Source: Candidatus Latescibacterota bacterium | GTDB taxonomy: Bacteria > Latescibacterota > UBA2968 > UBA8231 | Direction of reading: 5' to 3' | Length of the DNA: 64,000 nt | Assembly: GCA_965261395.1 (NCBI GenBank) | Contig: OZ253462.1 | Coordinates: 3,648,001-3,712,000 of the forward strand | Part shown: positions 47,937-58,067 of the stretch, piece after piece | Numbering within the stretch: the first letter of the stretch is position 1 | How the letters are laid out: the number at the start of each line of letters is the position of its first letter | Made by a program: the position numbers and the translations under genes | Notes under the pieces: model-generated | Seen by the model: the letters and a program-made list of their open reading frames with translations, nothing else | Databases searched by the model: none | Told to the model about the DNA's origin: nothing

Positions 47937-49022
47937 TTGAGTCCTGCAAATATAAAGGAATGTTTTACAGTTTAAGTTGTGCATACTTGAAGAAGCCTCG
48001 AATCAGGTCGTTATCGTGATGCTGGGCGGTGATTGACATGCAGACCGCATCTGCTACGTCGTCGATGTGGTCTGGAATGAAGTTGGCTAGATCGCCATAC
48101 TTAGTATGATTCCAGACCTGTTCAGCCGGATTCAATTCGGGTGCATAGGCGGGCAACCATTCGATGGTGAGTCGATCCGGATACCTTTTGTGCAATACCG
48201 CCACCGCGGCGCGATGGACACTCCACCGATCCAAAATGAGCACGACCTTGCGTCGTATCATACGCAGCAGATGACCGACAAAGGATACCACATCCTGCCG
48301 GTCGATATTATGCTCATACATTCGGAAATAAACGCCCAACCGCTGGCGCCGAGGCGGCAAGGTAACGGCGGCCTGAACCGACAAGCGATCGTGGCGATCC
48401 CACACCTTGTGTATGGGCGTGTGACCCGACAAAGCCCACGTCCTACGACGGGTGGGTTGCAGCATGAAGCCGCTCTGATCCATCAAGGCGATGGTCGCCC
48501 CCTGGTGCCGGGCTTTTTTTTAATCCGCGGCCACTCCACTAAGCGCCATTGGCGGATGGCCTCCTCCTCCCGTTCGCGCGCCCGGTGCTGGGGATACTGG
48601 CATGAAAAACCCAACCCATGCAGCAGACGACCCACGTGATCGGGATGATAGGACACCCCAAACGTTTGGGCCATCACCTGCGCGACACGCCGACAGGTCC
48701 ACAGCGCGCTATCAAAGCCAGCCGCCTGGGGACCTTGGAGTAGAAGCTGTTTCAACTGATCCTTGTCTTGGGGACTCAACTGACAGCCCCGACCCGGATG
48801 CGGTTTGGCTTTGAGTCCCGCCTCGCCGGCTTGCGCTTTCATCGACTTCCAACGAGACACCGAGGAAGGGGAGACTTGGACCAGACGAGCTACTTCGTTG
48901 ACGCCTTTGCCGGCATCAAGCAACTGAGCCGCCCATTGACGACGATATTCCAGCCGATCGGCACTACCTTTAGGTCTCATATAAATGAATATAAACTATT
49001 CCTTTAAAAATGCAGAGGTCAA
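47937..49022 (-). mobile_element. IS630-family insertion sequence (1086 bp)
   Basis: Imperfect TIRs ttgagtcctgcaaatataaaggaat / attcctttaaaaatgcagaggtcaa; TA duplication at 47935-47936 and 49023-49024. Confidence 0.92.
47965..48980 (-). CDS. IS630 transposase in two frames (HTH ORF 48483-48980, DDE ORF 47965-48486), probable programmed frameshift
   Basis: SPSSVSRW and WTCRRV HTH domains; A8 run at WPRIKKK; DQSGF, LILDRWSVH, LPAYAPELNPAE. Confidence 0.9.
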
Positions 49023-49411
49023 TAAGTGAAATAATCAACAACGGTGCGTATCCCGCTTGGGCACCCGACGGACAGTTCGCCTTTATGTCTAATCACGACG
49101 GTGATTGGGATATTTACGTGTTAGATGAGGATGGACCGAACCGGCGGACCTACAACAGTGAATACGACGGCTACCCCACTTGGTCGCCGGACGGACGGTA
49201 TATCGCCTTCATGTCCGAGCGCGACGGCAACGAAGAGATTTACGTCATGGATGCTGATGGATCGAATCTGCGAAACCTGACCAACAACAGTGCGGACGAC
49301 GCTAATCCCGCGTGGTCCCCTGATGGACGAAGAATCGCCTTCATGTCCGAGCGCGATGGCAACGAAGAGATTTACGTCATGGAGCTTCAGGTGGGAGGCT
49401 GTCAGTAAAGT

Positions 49412-49657
49412 GGCTGGTGGGAGACGCTACGCCGCACCACGGACGAGGAGGAGCGCATCGCAATGGGCAAGAAAATCCTCCGCAGCCAAGCCGAGAACCT
49501 GTGGGCACTCGGCGTCATTGGCTTAGGACCGCATCCGGTCGTGGTCAGCCGCAAGCTGCGCAATGTGCCGCCTCAGGGCTATTGGGGTTGGGATTCGCGC
49601 TGGACGTGGCCCTACTATCCAGAGACTTGGTATTTGGACGAGGGAGTTGAAAAGTAG
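49412..49657 (+). pseudogene. Slightly diverged duplicate of the last ~80 codons of the solute-binding protein gene
   Basis: Matches 45444-45672 (GWWETLRRTTDEEERIAMGKKILRSQAENLW...YPETWYL) with scattered substitutions and a different tail (DEGVEK*). Confidence 0.92.
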
Positions 49658-49686
49658 CCGCGAACCCCGTTTAGCGGCCTTTTTTA
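49657..49686 (+). terminator. Probable intrinsic terminator
   Basis: gccgc...gcggc stem followed by a T run. Confidence 0.55.
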
Positions 49687-49829
49687 TACGACCACGAGCG
49701 CTCGGACATGCTCTTAGGAGGGCACTGCCCAGATAGTTGTCTTTTGCCGTTTTCTATTTTTATTATATTGTGCAAATGTTTAGCAATTATTAATAGCTGT
49801 TGAAAGGAGGTGAAGAGAAGCTGTTTTAG

Positions 49830-50017
49830 TAACTGATGTTACGCAGTCTTATGCCGTGTCTGCCGCTTGCGGCCTGTGGCCCCTCACCCGGGGTCATTCC
49901 CGCGTACGCGGGAATCCAGCCTAACGCACGGGCCACAAACGGGTGTCTCTGGATGCCTGCTTTCGCAGGCATGACCGCCGATAGACCAAACGATCTTAAA
50001 GCGCGTAACGTCAGTTA
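49830..50017. mobile_element. ~185-bp MITE-like element enclosing an inverted REP doublet
   Basis: Ends taactgatgttacgc / gcgtaacgtcagtta (14/15); inside, gtcattcccgcgtacgcgggaatccag and ctggatgcctgctttcgcaggcatgac. Confidence 0.7.
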
Positions 50018-50087
50018 GGCATTAGAAGCTCATTTTTCGTTTTTTTGACGAATATTCAAACCACGAACCCATGAGGTGAATTGCATT

Positions 50088-51038
50088 ATGAAGAGAATTA
50101 TGAGCATCGCGAGTATTTTGGCCGTAGGCATCATGCTGCAGGCCAGCGCGGTATCGGCACACGTCGACATCGTTGGCATCGAATCCGGTACCCTGTTCCA
50201 GTTCCCTTCCGGTATGGAACCCACGCTGGATGGCGACTTGTCTGAATGGGATATCGTCCCTGAGGATTACTACGTGCCCTTTGAGTCCCACTTCGAATAC
50301 TATCTCGGGTTGGGCCACGAAAACGACGAGAGCAATCTGTCCTTCAGAGTAGTTGCCGGTTGGAGCCAGGGCACTAATCGCCTCTATTTCATGATGGAGC
50401 GCTTCGACAACTACTGGGATCGCAACGGCGTTGGTGCGGTCGCCGGCGGCGACGATAGCTGGGAGATTATGATTGACTCCGACCACGGCGGCGATCAGCA
50501 TTGGTACGCGGCCGCCGATTTCGAAAGCGAAGAGGAGCACCAGCGCAACCAAGGCCGCTTCGCACAAAACGCCCACTGCCGTTTTCCGCCGCTGGAGCCT
50601 TTCGGCTGGAAGTGGTGGTTCCAAAGCAAGTCGACTTGGCACGATGTCCCGCCGTGGGGCGATTACGGCTTCCAGCTAGATGGGGAGTCGAACGCCGGCG
50701 AAGTTACTGCCCGCATCGAGATCATGTCGGCCGCTTGGGATGATTTTCACTGGGTAGGCCCCGAAGAAAGCGAGCCGGAGCACACCTTCGTCGAAGGCAA
50801 TACTATCGGCCTCGGTTGGGTGGTCCACGATATGGACAACGCCGCCGAAGACAATTCCGGCAGCACTGGCGGCTGGGGCATCAACCCCAACATCCAGCTG
50901 TGGTTCGACTGCGGCAACTGCTCGGACTTCCTTCTCGCGCCGACTGACCCGCGCGTGGACTTCAGCCAAATGGAGACGGGGACGGCGGTCGAGGAAGAAA
51001 GCTGGGGTCGCATCAAGGCCGCTTATATTCAGCAGTAG
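50088..51038 (+). CDS. Secreted protein, CBM9/DOMON-like sugar-binding fold likely, with C-terminal TAVEEESWGRIK motif
   Basis: gaggtg RBS; signal peptide; PTLDGDLSEW, DSWEIMIDSD, GNTIGLGWVVHDMD. Confidence 0.65.
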   Translation: MKRIMSIASILAVGIMLQASAVSAHVDIVGIESGTLFQFPSGMEPTLDGDLSEWDIVPEDYYVPFESHFEYYLGLGHENDESNLSFRVVAGWSQGTNRLYFMMERFDNYWDRNGVGAVAGGDDSWEIMIDSDHGGDQHWYAAADFESEEEHQRNQGRFAQNAHCRFPPLEPFGWKWWFQSKSTWHDVPPWGDYGFQLDGESNAGEVTARIEIMSAAWDDFHWVGPEESEPEHTFVEGNTIGLGWVVHDMDNAAEDNSGSTGGWGINPNIQLWFDCGNCSDFLLAPTDPRVDFSQMETGTAVEEESWGRIKAAYIQQ

Positions 51039-51067
51039 CCCGATCCCAAGCCATTGGGAAACAGCAA

Positions 51068-51101
51068 CCAAAGGGGAGATGTAGCTACATCTCCCCTTTG
51101 G
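51068..51101. terminator. 34-bp perfect palindrome, probable terminator or mRNA-stabilising hairpin
   Basis: ccaaaggggagatgtag-ctacatctcccctttgg. Confidence 0.6.
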
Positions 51102-51153
51102 ATTTATGCGCCGCTCTTTTAGACCCTCCGAAATCCCTTTGGGAGGTGTAGCC

Positions 51154-53184
51154 ATGGCCAAAATGCCTTTATGTCACTTCTCGGTAGCGCTGTTTCTGAT
51201 TTTAGCGATGGGCGTCCCGGTCGCGGGATTGACGATCTACCGACTGGGCGGAGAGAATCTGCCTCCTCCTCCCGAGGTCGAACGCGGTGAAGCCGATTTG
51301 CGCCAGTTTAGCTGGGCTGATATCGAGGCGTCTCGGCTCGGATCCGACGAGTCCCTGATCATCGGATCCGACGCGATTTCACCGTTGTTCTTCACCGCAG
51401 AGGAGAACATTGCTCCGACGGTATGGGAGCGGGGCGGCTATTTGCAAACTCAGGGCTTCCAAGCTTGGGTCGAGGCGGACGATGTACAGCAGATCAACGA
51501 CCTCGACAGGGAAACGGCGTACGTCGGCTTGCAAGGCGCTGATTGCAGGCGCGAGATACGCACTGGCTGCGGGTCGAATGTAGGGGAATATCAGACGGTC
51601 GGGAAGACCTTTCTGTTCAACTTGGGTGGTCTCTTTGCCGTGAATAAGATTCGGTTTTTCACGCGAACCGAAAACCAAGACAATTACATCGAGGCTTTCC
51701 AAGTATGGACCAATACGGCGACCAACACCGAACTAGGGATCAGCTTCGAAGATCTGTGTTCGACGAGCGGAGCGGGACATCTCGGCAACTGCGTGGGCTT
51801 TGTCAACAGGGCGCATTCAGATCTTTTCTTTCGCAAGGATCTGCTGTTCCACGCCGAGCGGAAGGTCAGGGAAAATACTAAGCCTACCGTCGATGTGGAG
51901 CTATCGGGGGAGTACATCCGTCGCTTGGCGCTCTTCGTGCAGTCACAAAACCGGGACTGGGAAATCGCAGAGTTCGAAATTTTCGCCCCAGGCTATGTGC
52001 CTACGGCCTCCTACACGTCCAATATCCTCGACCTTGGGGAGGAGATGGTGCTGGGTTGGGCCCGCTGGTCGGGGCACAAAGACGCCGCGGCCAAAGTCGC
52101 CATCCGCAGCCAGAGCGGCAGCGACGCCAATCCCAATATCTACTGGCGCAAGACCTTCCGGGGCGACGAACAGGTAAACTACAACGATCGGGGCCGGCCG
52201 CTGACCCTAGGGGCGTACCGGCGGCTGGAACTGTCCGAGCAAGGCAAGATCACCCGCGACGCGGAGAATTGGGATCTGTGGTCCATCCCCTACGACTTCG
52301 CCGACAGTCTAGGCGTGCCGCTGGCGGCGGCTAGGCCGCGCCAGTTCGTCCAATTCCAGGTGGATTTTGAATCGGATGCCGCTGCGGGTAGCGAGCTGCG
52401 CTATGTGGAGTTCGCCGCGTCGCCGCCGGCGGCGACGGAACTGGTGGGTGAGATCGAACCTTGGCAGGTGGAGACCACCGAACTGACCCGGTTCACTTAT
52501 GCTATCCGGCCCACAATCGGGTTGGACTCCCCGGGTTTTGACCGCTTAGAGATATCCGTTGACGGAGGGCGGTTGGTGGACGTTGACGCGGTGCGGATCG
52601 GCGGGGAAGAAGTGGCTTTCACCGAGTTGGAAGTGGGGGACGACCGCCTAGTAGTAGCGATGCCGAAGGTCGATTTCAATCGGACCGAGGAGTTGATAGA
52701 AGTGGTGTTCAACGGCGAGATATTCCGCTTCGGGGTGACCTTCGCGGGCCGGGTGTCCAATAGCGAGATGCCGCAGGATATCCGGCAGCCGATCCAGCCC
52801 GGTAACGCCACGGCGCTCCTCGACGGTAACACCCTATCGGTCCAGTCGTTGTCGCTGGGTGTGCAGCTCCTAGACTCGCTGTCGCTTAGCTTGGGTGTCT
52901 TCACGCCTAATGGTGACGGCGTCAACGATGGGTTAGACATCGCCTATGACCTACTCAAGCTGACAGCACCCTCGCCGGTGGTCGTGGAGGTACGGGACCT
53001 AGCGGGACGGCGGGTGCGAGAGGTGTACAATGGCTTCGATACTGCGGGGCGGCACGTGCGGCGGTGGGACGGGATGGACGGGAGCGGACAAAAGGTAAGC
53101 CCGGGGCTCTACATCTGCCGGGTGGAAGCGGCTGCCGAGGAGGGACGGGAGACAAAATCCGGGGTCGTATCGGTCGTCTATTGA
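51154..53184 (+). CDS. Uncharacterised secreted protein with C-terminal FlgD-Ig domain (paralog 1 of 3)
   Basis: ggaggt RBS; signal peptide; EIAEFEIF.PGYVP, WDLWSIPY, FTPNGDGVND...DLAGRRVR...WDG...PGLY. Confidence 0.75.
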   Translation: MAKMPLCHFSVALFLILAMGVPVAGLTIYRLGGENLPPPPEVERGEADLRQFSWADIEASRLGSDESLIIGSDAISPLFFTAEENIAPTVWERGGYLQTQGFQAWVEADDVQQINDLDRETAYVGLQGADCRREIRTGCGSNVGEYQTVGKTFLFNLGGLFAVNKIRFFTRTENQDNYIEAFQVWTNTATNTELGISFEDLCSTSGAGHLGNCVGFVNRAHSDLFFRKDLLFHAERKVRENTKPTVDVELSGEYIRRLALFVQSQNRDWEIAEFEIFAPGYVPTASYTSNILDLGEEMVLGWARWSGHKDAAAKVAIRSQSGSDANPNIYWRKTFRGDEQVNYNDRGRPLTLGAYRRLELSEQGKITRDAENWDLWSIPYDFADSLGVPLAAARPRQFVQFQVDFESDAAAGSELRYVEFAASPPAATELVGEIEPWQVETTELTRFTYAIRPTIGLDSPGFDRLEISVDGGRLVDVDAVRIGGEEVAFTELEVGDDRLVVAMPKVDFNRTEELIEVVFNGEIFRFGVTFAGRVSNSEMPQDIRQPIQPGNATALLDGNTLSVQSLSLGVQLLDSLSLSLGVFTPNGDGVNDGLDIAYDLLKLTAPSPVVVEVRDLAGRRVREVYNGFDTAGRHVRRWDGMDGSGQKVSPGLYICRVEAAAEEGRETKSGVVSVVY

Positions 53185-53206
53185 GGGTGTTCAGGAGATA
53201 GGTGCG

Positions 53207-55780
53207 ATGAGCAGAAGAATCATGGTCTTACTAGGGATGAGCCTTGGGTTGTGCAATTTCGTTTGGGGGCAGAATCACAGTCTGGGATCCAACCAAGTAG
53301 TGGTAAACACCCAGAGCCACTGGAGCCACTGGGTGTTCGTCCCGGGGACGCTGGACATTGCCCCTAGCGGCGAGGTTCGCCCGGCCTTTGTCCCCAAGGA
53401 CCACAACGCCGTGACGGATATTTTCGAACATCTGCTGCGCTCCGTCGGAAAACCCGAGAGCGCGACCATCCTCGACGCGATAGAAGCGGGTTCCAACGAG
53501 GAGGACATCCCCAATCTCTTCGATGGGGACGAGACAACCTACTGGGAACCCGACCCGGATAGCCCGTTGCAGGATTGGTGGTTCGAGGTCGATATGGGCC
53601 GCCTGATCAACGCCACTCGGATCGGGCTGAAGTTCGTGCCCGAAGGACAGGGCGACCCCTTTCTGCAATTTGTAGTGCTGACCGCCGACAACGCCGATAA
53701 GGGTGCCCAGATCGCGGGCATAGTCCCCACTAAACAGGTTTTCCGGACTCCCAGTGACAACAAGAGTCAGCGTTTATTCGTGGTGGATCTGGACGGGGGG
53801 GAGTTGGTCCACATGGTGCCGGGCCGAGATTTTGAAGGCGATATGGTGCGCTTTGTGCAGGTTGTGGTGACCGAGAGCAATGGTATGAGGGGACAGGAGG
53901 TATCGGAAGGGGAGTACGAGACACTCACAGGGGCTAATCGGGGGGATGTGGTTTACCGCAAGAAGGTGGGGGAGGGGGAAGTTGAGATCGAGCCGGAGAT
54001 CTACGAGGCGATCGAGCCCCAAGTGCGCGGCACCGTCCGCTATTACCGCCGCGAGCGGCCCCGCTTGGCCGAGCTAGAAGTCTATGAAGTGGGCCGGAAT
54101 ATCGCCCAAGGCTTGATTGCGGACCGCAAGGGTAGCGCGGAGAGTTCCCACGAAGGGTCGGTGGCCAACCTGCTCGACGGTGAAGGCACCTACTTGACCT
54201 TCAACCTCGCGGCATTTGCCTCTGCGGGCATCAAATTCGGGGAGCGATTCTTGGAATTCGACCTAGGAACATCGTATTGGGTGGATACCGTACAGATGTG
54301 GTACAACCTCTTCGCAGGCGGTGGGCGACTTTCCGGGGCCAGCTTCAACATATACGAAATTCAGATTTCGGACGGCACGCCGGCGGCGGGCGGCGGTCTA
54401 ATATGGACCGCACCCGAACAGGTGCGCGGCATAGGCAGGGCGACCGAAACCAACAGGTTTCAACCTATGCCCGCCCGCTTCGTGCGCGTTTCCTATCCCT
54501 TCATCGATAGGTCGGTGCGCAACGAGGGGACCAAAGCTCGGATCCGCGAAGTCCAGTTGTACGGCGAAGGCTACCACCCGGAGGTGGAACTGGTCTCAGG
54601 TCTGATTCCGCTGGGCAGTGCGAAGAATTTGGTGTCGATCGAATGGGAGGCGGATACGCCCCCGGGCACGTCGGTGCAAATTCAGACCCGGACTGGTAAC
54701 GAGATCGCCGAGGCGTACCGGTACCACGACAGCGGCGGCGTGGAAGTGTCGGCGGGCAAATACGAAAAGTTGGGTTTCTTCAAAAAGGGCCGGATCGACA
54801 CCCTGCAGGTGGCTGGCTCCGACTGGAGCAACTGGAGTGCCCCCTATGCGCGTTCCGGCGACCCGATCGTTTCGCCCAGCCCGCGTCAATACCTGACCTT
54901 GCGCGTTCGGGTGACGACCACAGACCCGATGCACGCCGCCAAGCTGCACTCCATTCGCTTGAACTTCAATCCGCCGGTAGCCAAACAACTGCAAGGCGAA
55001 CTGGATATAGGGGTCTTTGAGCGCTTGGGCGCGCCGCAGGAGGTTGCGCTATTTGTCAAGCCTATCTTCGCGCCGCAGGATCTGGGCTTTGATGAGATTT
55101 TGGTGCGCACCCCGCCGGATATGTCGCTCGAATTCGGCGCGTTGCGCTTGGGCAGCTTGGCGCAGTGGGCAAGCGGCCAAGCCGAAGAGTTGGCCGATGT
55201 GCAGGTGGTGGAGACGCGCTCCGACTCGCTCTGGTTGCGCCTCGACCGGTTGGTAAAGCAGGGTGGGCAGGTCGATCTGATTGAGGTGCGGTTTACGACG
55301 GCCCTGTTTTCCCCAGGGGCGGTGCTCCAGGCGGCGCTGGGCAATTCGTCGTTGGCAAACTCGTGGCAACAGGTTGACCCCGCGGACGTGACCGAATTGG
55401 CCCAGAGCCAGGGGTTGCAAATCCTCGCTTCGGTGCAGGACAACAACGTGCTCGGCGACATCGAGATCCAGCCAGCGGTAGTGACGCCCAACAGCGATGG
55501 GGTCAACGACGCACTGAGCATTGATTTTACCGTGCGTCGGTTGAGCGGCGTGCGCCCCGTCACAGTGCGGATCTACGACCTAAGCGGTCGGCTGATGCGC
55601 CGACTCGACACCCAGAAGCCGCTAGTGGCCGGGAAATATGTGCTCGACTGGGCAGCCGAGGATCAGCAGGGACGGCTGGTGCCGCCCGGGATTTACATCT
55701 TGCGCATCGACATTGACGCGGATTCGGATCTCGGAGTGAAGCAAACGGGCGTTCAGCGCCTGCTGCACGTGGCGTATTGA
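53207..55780 (+). CDS. Uncharacterised secreted protein with discoidin-like domains and C-terminal FlgD-Ig domain (paralog 2 of 3)
   Basis: NLFDGDETTYW...WFEVDMG, WSNWSAPY, SPSPRQY, TPNSDGVND...YDLSGR...VPPGIY. Confidence 0.75.
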   Translation: MSRRIMVLLGMSLGLCNFVWGQNHSLGSNQVVVNTQSHWSHWVFVPGTLDIAPSGEVRPAFVPKDHNAVTDIFEHLLRSVGKPESATILDAIEAGSNEEDIPNLFDGDETTYWEPDPDSPLQDWWFEVDMGRLINATRIGLKFVPEGQGDPFLQFVVLTADNADKGAQIAGIVPTKQVFRTPSDNKSQRLFVVDLDGGELVHMVPGRDFEGDMVRFVQVVVTESNGMRGQEVSEGEYETLTGANRGDVVYRKKVGEGEVEIEPEIYEAIEPQVRGTVRYYRRERPRLAELEVYEVGRNIAQGLIADRKGSAESSHEGSVANLLDGEGTYLTFNLAAFASAGIKFGERFLEFDLGTSYWVDTVQMWYNLFAGGGRLSGASFNIYEIQISDGTPAAGGGLIWTAPEQVRGIGRATETNRFQPMPARFVRVSYPFIDRSVRNEGTKARIREVQLYGEGYHPEVELVSGLIPLGSAKNLVSIEWEADTPPGTSVQIQTRTGNEIAEAYRYHDSGGVEVSAGKYEKLGFFKKGRIDTLQVAGSDWSNWSAPYARSGDPIVSPSPRQYLTLRVRVTTTDPMHAAKLHSIRLNFNPPVAKQLQGELDIGVFERLGAPQEVALFVKPIFAPQDLGFDEILVRTPPDMSLEFGALRLGSLAQWASGQAEELADVQVVETRSDSLWLRLDRLVKQGGQVDLIEVRFTTALFSPGAVLQAALGNSSLANSWQQVDPADVTELAQSQGLQILASVQDNNVLGDIEIQPAVVTPNSDGVNDALSIDFTVRRLSGVRPVTVRIYDLSGRLMRRLDTQKPLVAGKYVLDWAAEDQQGRLVPPGIYILRIDIDADSDLGVKQTGVQRLLHVAY

Positions 55781-55805
55781 CCAACCTATAAGGAGATAGT
55801 CGGCT

Positions 55806-58004
55806 GTGTTGTATCCGCGCGCGAAGGCGCTGGTGCTGGTATTGTTAGCGGTGCAGAATCTGGGGGCGGAACGTCGCACCATTGTCATGGGTGGTGAGGA
55901 CGGGTTGGAGTGGGAAAGCGGCGGCGGCACCATCGCGGCCTTGATACAAACCGATCCGACCGAGGTTGAGGCCAGCAACACTCCGGGCAATGTGCTCGAG
56001 TTTGACGCCGACGGCCGAGTGGGCTGGCTGTCGCCGCAACAGGCGGATGAGACCGTAAATATCGCCTTGGGCCTCCTCGACCGCGGGGGTCGCCTCGGCG
56101 CGCCAACCATCTTGTCGCAAGTCATAAAAGACCAGCTAATTTTTATGATCGACGACGACCCCACGACCGCCTTTGAACGCAAGACGGCCCGGGGCGCGAG
56201 CCAAGTCAATTCACTTGGGGTCATCATGGATTTCGACCTCGGCGCGCGGTTCGGGGTCGAGCGCATACAGTTCTTTCCCCGCAACGCGCACCCCGATTTT
56301 CCCGCCCCTGATTTCCCATTCCATACCGATTTTCTGCGGGGCTTTGAGCTGCTGCTCAACGATGGCAGCGAAGAAACGCAGGTGGCCAACCAGCCAGTGC
56401 TGACCACGGTTGAACTGGAGCCGGAAAACGAAGAGCCGGTCGTCGAACTGACCATCCCGCCGCAATACGTCCGCTATATCCGCCTGAAATCGCAGACCAC
56501 CGTGGGATTTGAGATTGCCGAATTCCGCGTCTTTGGGTCCGGTTTTGTGCCTCGGGCCGACTACCTTTCCAACATCTTCGACTTCGGCGAGGAATTGGCG
56601 CTGTGGGGGCGCATCCGCTGGGAGGAGGAGTCCTTCGGCTTCGAACGCCTGTCGCGCTTGCTGATCAGTTCGCGCAGCGGCTGGGACGACACGCCTTTGG
56701 AATTCACCCGGCAACATCTAGACAGTGGTGAGGACGTGCCGTGGCGGGAGGGGGCGGTCGCCACTACGGCTACAGGCGATGCGGTTGACTTAGACGCGAT
56801 TGACGATGTTGAAGAAGCCCTTGACCTCTTCAACGCCCTGCCCATTGACGAGCGCAGCCGGGTGGCGTTGACCCAAGACGAGTACGACGATTTGAAAAGT
56901 TCGGCTAAGGGCGACGTGCGCGACGACTTAGTTGCTTGGAGCCGTTGGTCGCCGCCGTATAAGCTGGCTGAGGATGCTATAAACGCTGAAAACATCGGTG
57001 ACGATGCACTGGGCGTGCCCATTCTCTCGCCCGGCCCGCGCCGCTATTTCCAGTTGAAGGCTGAATTCAACAGCGAGGACTTGGGAGCCGCCCGGGCGCT
57101 GGGTGCCCTCGCCTTTACGGTATCTAACCCACCGCTGACGGAACGGATCATCAGCGAGGTCGTCCCGCGCCAAGTCGAACTGGGCGTGCCGGTGTCGTTC
57201 ACGTATGCCGTCCTGCCGACCAAGATGCGCAGCGGCGTAGATCTGGGCTTCGATGTGTTCGAGATTGCCACGCCCGTGCGCTCTGAAGAGGTCGAGACCA
57301 TCGAAGTGGTACACGCCGACGGCCAGGTGCAAACGGCGGATTTCACTGGCGTGGACTTGACCAAGCTGCCCGTCCAAGACGACAGCGGCCTCTTTGCCGT
57401 GGAAGCGGTGACCGAGCGGCACCTGCGGGTGCGCTTTCCCACAATTACCGAAAGCGATTTGGCTGCGGGCCAGGCGGCGGTGGTCAAGATCCGCTTCAAG
57501 TGCCGCGTGCTGAGGTTTGGCACGACCTTTACTGGCACTGCTTGGAACAGCGCTACCGACGACCTTGGCCAGCGGGTCATCGGCGGCAATGCGGCCGATC
57601 TAGGGGCGGCGGACGACGATTTAATACCCATCGGGGCTGCCGACCCGAACGATCTAGCGGTAAGAGTGCCGCTGGCGGGTGGCCGCCTCATGATTAACGT
57701 CGCGGCCCAACCGCGTCTCTTTAGTCCCAACGGAGATGGGGTCAATGACGAGACGCGGATACACTGCGATCTGGTGCGGTTGGTCGATGCGGCACCGCTT
57801 ACGGTGCGCGTGTTCGATCTAGCCGGACACCGCGTCCGCACGCTCTTTGCGGGCGAGCAGGGAGGTGGGAGTTTCTCCGCGCAGTGGGACGGCACGAATG
57901 CTGCGGGACAACAGATGCCCCCAGGCATCTACCTCTTCCGCGTCGATTTGGCCACCGATGCTAAACAGGAAGCGGTCGTGGGTATCGTCGAGATGGTTTA
58001 TTAG
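55806..58004 (+). CDS. Uncharacterised secreted protein with C-terminal FlgD-Ig domain (paralog 3 of 3)
   Basis: aaggag RBS; MIDDDPTTAF, DFDLGARF, EIAEFRVFGSGFVP, WSRWSPPY, FSPNGDGVND...PPGIY. Confidence 0.75.
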   Translation: MLYPRAKALVLVLLAVQNLGAERRTIVMGGEDGLEWESGGGTIAALIQTDPTEVEASNTPGNVLEFDADGRVGWLSPQQADETVNIALGLLDRGGRLGAPTILSQVIKDQLIFMIDDDPTTAFERKTARGASQVNSLGVIMDFDLGARFGVERIQFFPRNAHPDFPAPDFPFHTDFLRGFELLLNDGSEETQVANQPVLTTVELEPENEEPVVELTIPPQYVRYIRLKSQTTVGFEIAEFRVFGSGFVPRADYLSNIFDFGEELALWGRIRWEEESFGFERLSRLLISSRSGWDDTPLEFTRQHLDSGEDVPWREGAVATTATGDAVDLDAIDDVEEALDLFNALPIDERSRVALTQDEYDDLKSSAKGDVRDDLVAWSRWSPPYKLAEDAINAENIGDDALGVPILSPGPRRYFQLKAEFNSEDLGAARALGALAFTVSNPPLTERIISEVVPRQVELGVPVSFTYAVLPTKMRSGVDLGFDVFEIATPVRSEEVETIEVVHADGQVQTADFTGVDLTKLPVQDDSGLFAVEAVTERHLRVRFPTITESDLAAGQAAVVKIRFKCRVLRFGTTFTGTAWNSATDDLGQRVIGGNAADLGAADDDLIPIGAADPNDLAVRVPLAGGRLMINVAAQPRLFSPNGDGVNDETRIHCDLVRLVDAAPLTVRVFDLAGHRVRTLFAGEQGGGSFSAQWDGTNAAGQQMPPGIYLFRVDLATDAKQEAVVGIVEMVY

Positions 58005-58067
58005 CCCGCGACGCCCCGTCAGACAAAGGGATCGAGCTATGTATTTGTTTTTTAATGGAGGATTTTG

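Larger units (their letters stand above)
45780..49408 (+). pseudogene. Secreted FlgD/dockerin-like plus 12 PD40 (TolB-like) repeat protein interrupted by IS630 (846 aa reconstructed)
   Basis: Nine P(A/T)WSP(D/N)G repeats before and three related repeats after the IS; removing 47937-49024 joins GANL to SEIINNG in frame; N-terminal module shared with 713-2686. Confidence 0.88.

Noticed and set aside
49836-50018. 60-aa ORF MLRSLMP...
   Set aside because: Lies within the MITE/REP element; likely non-coding.
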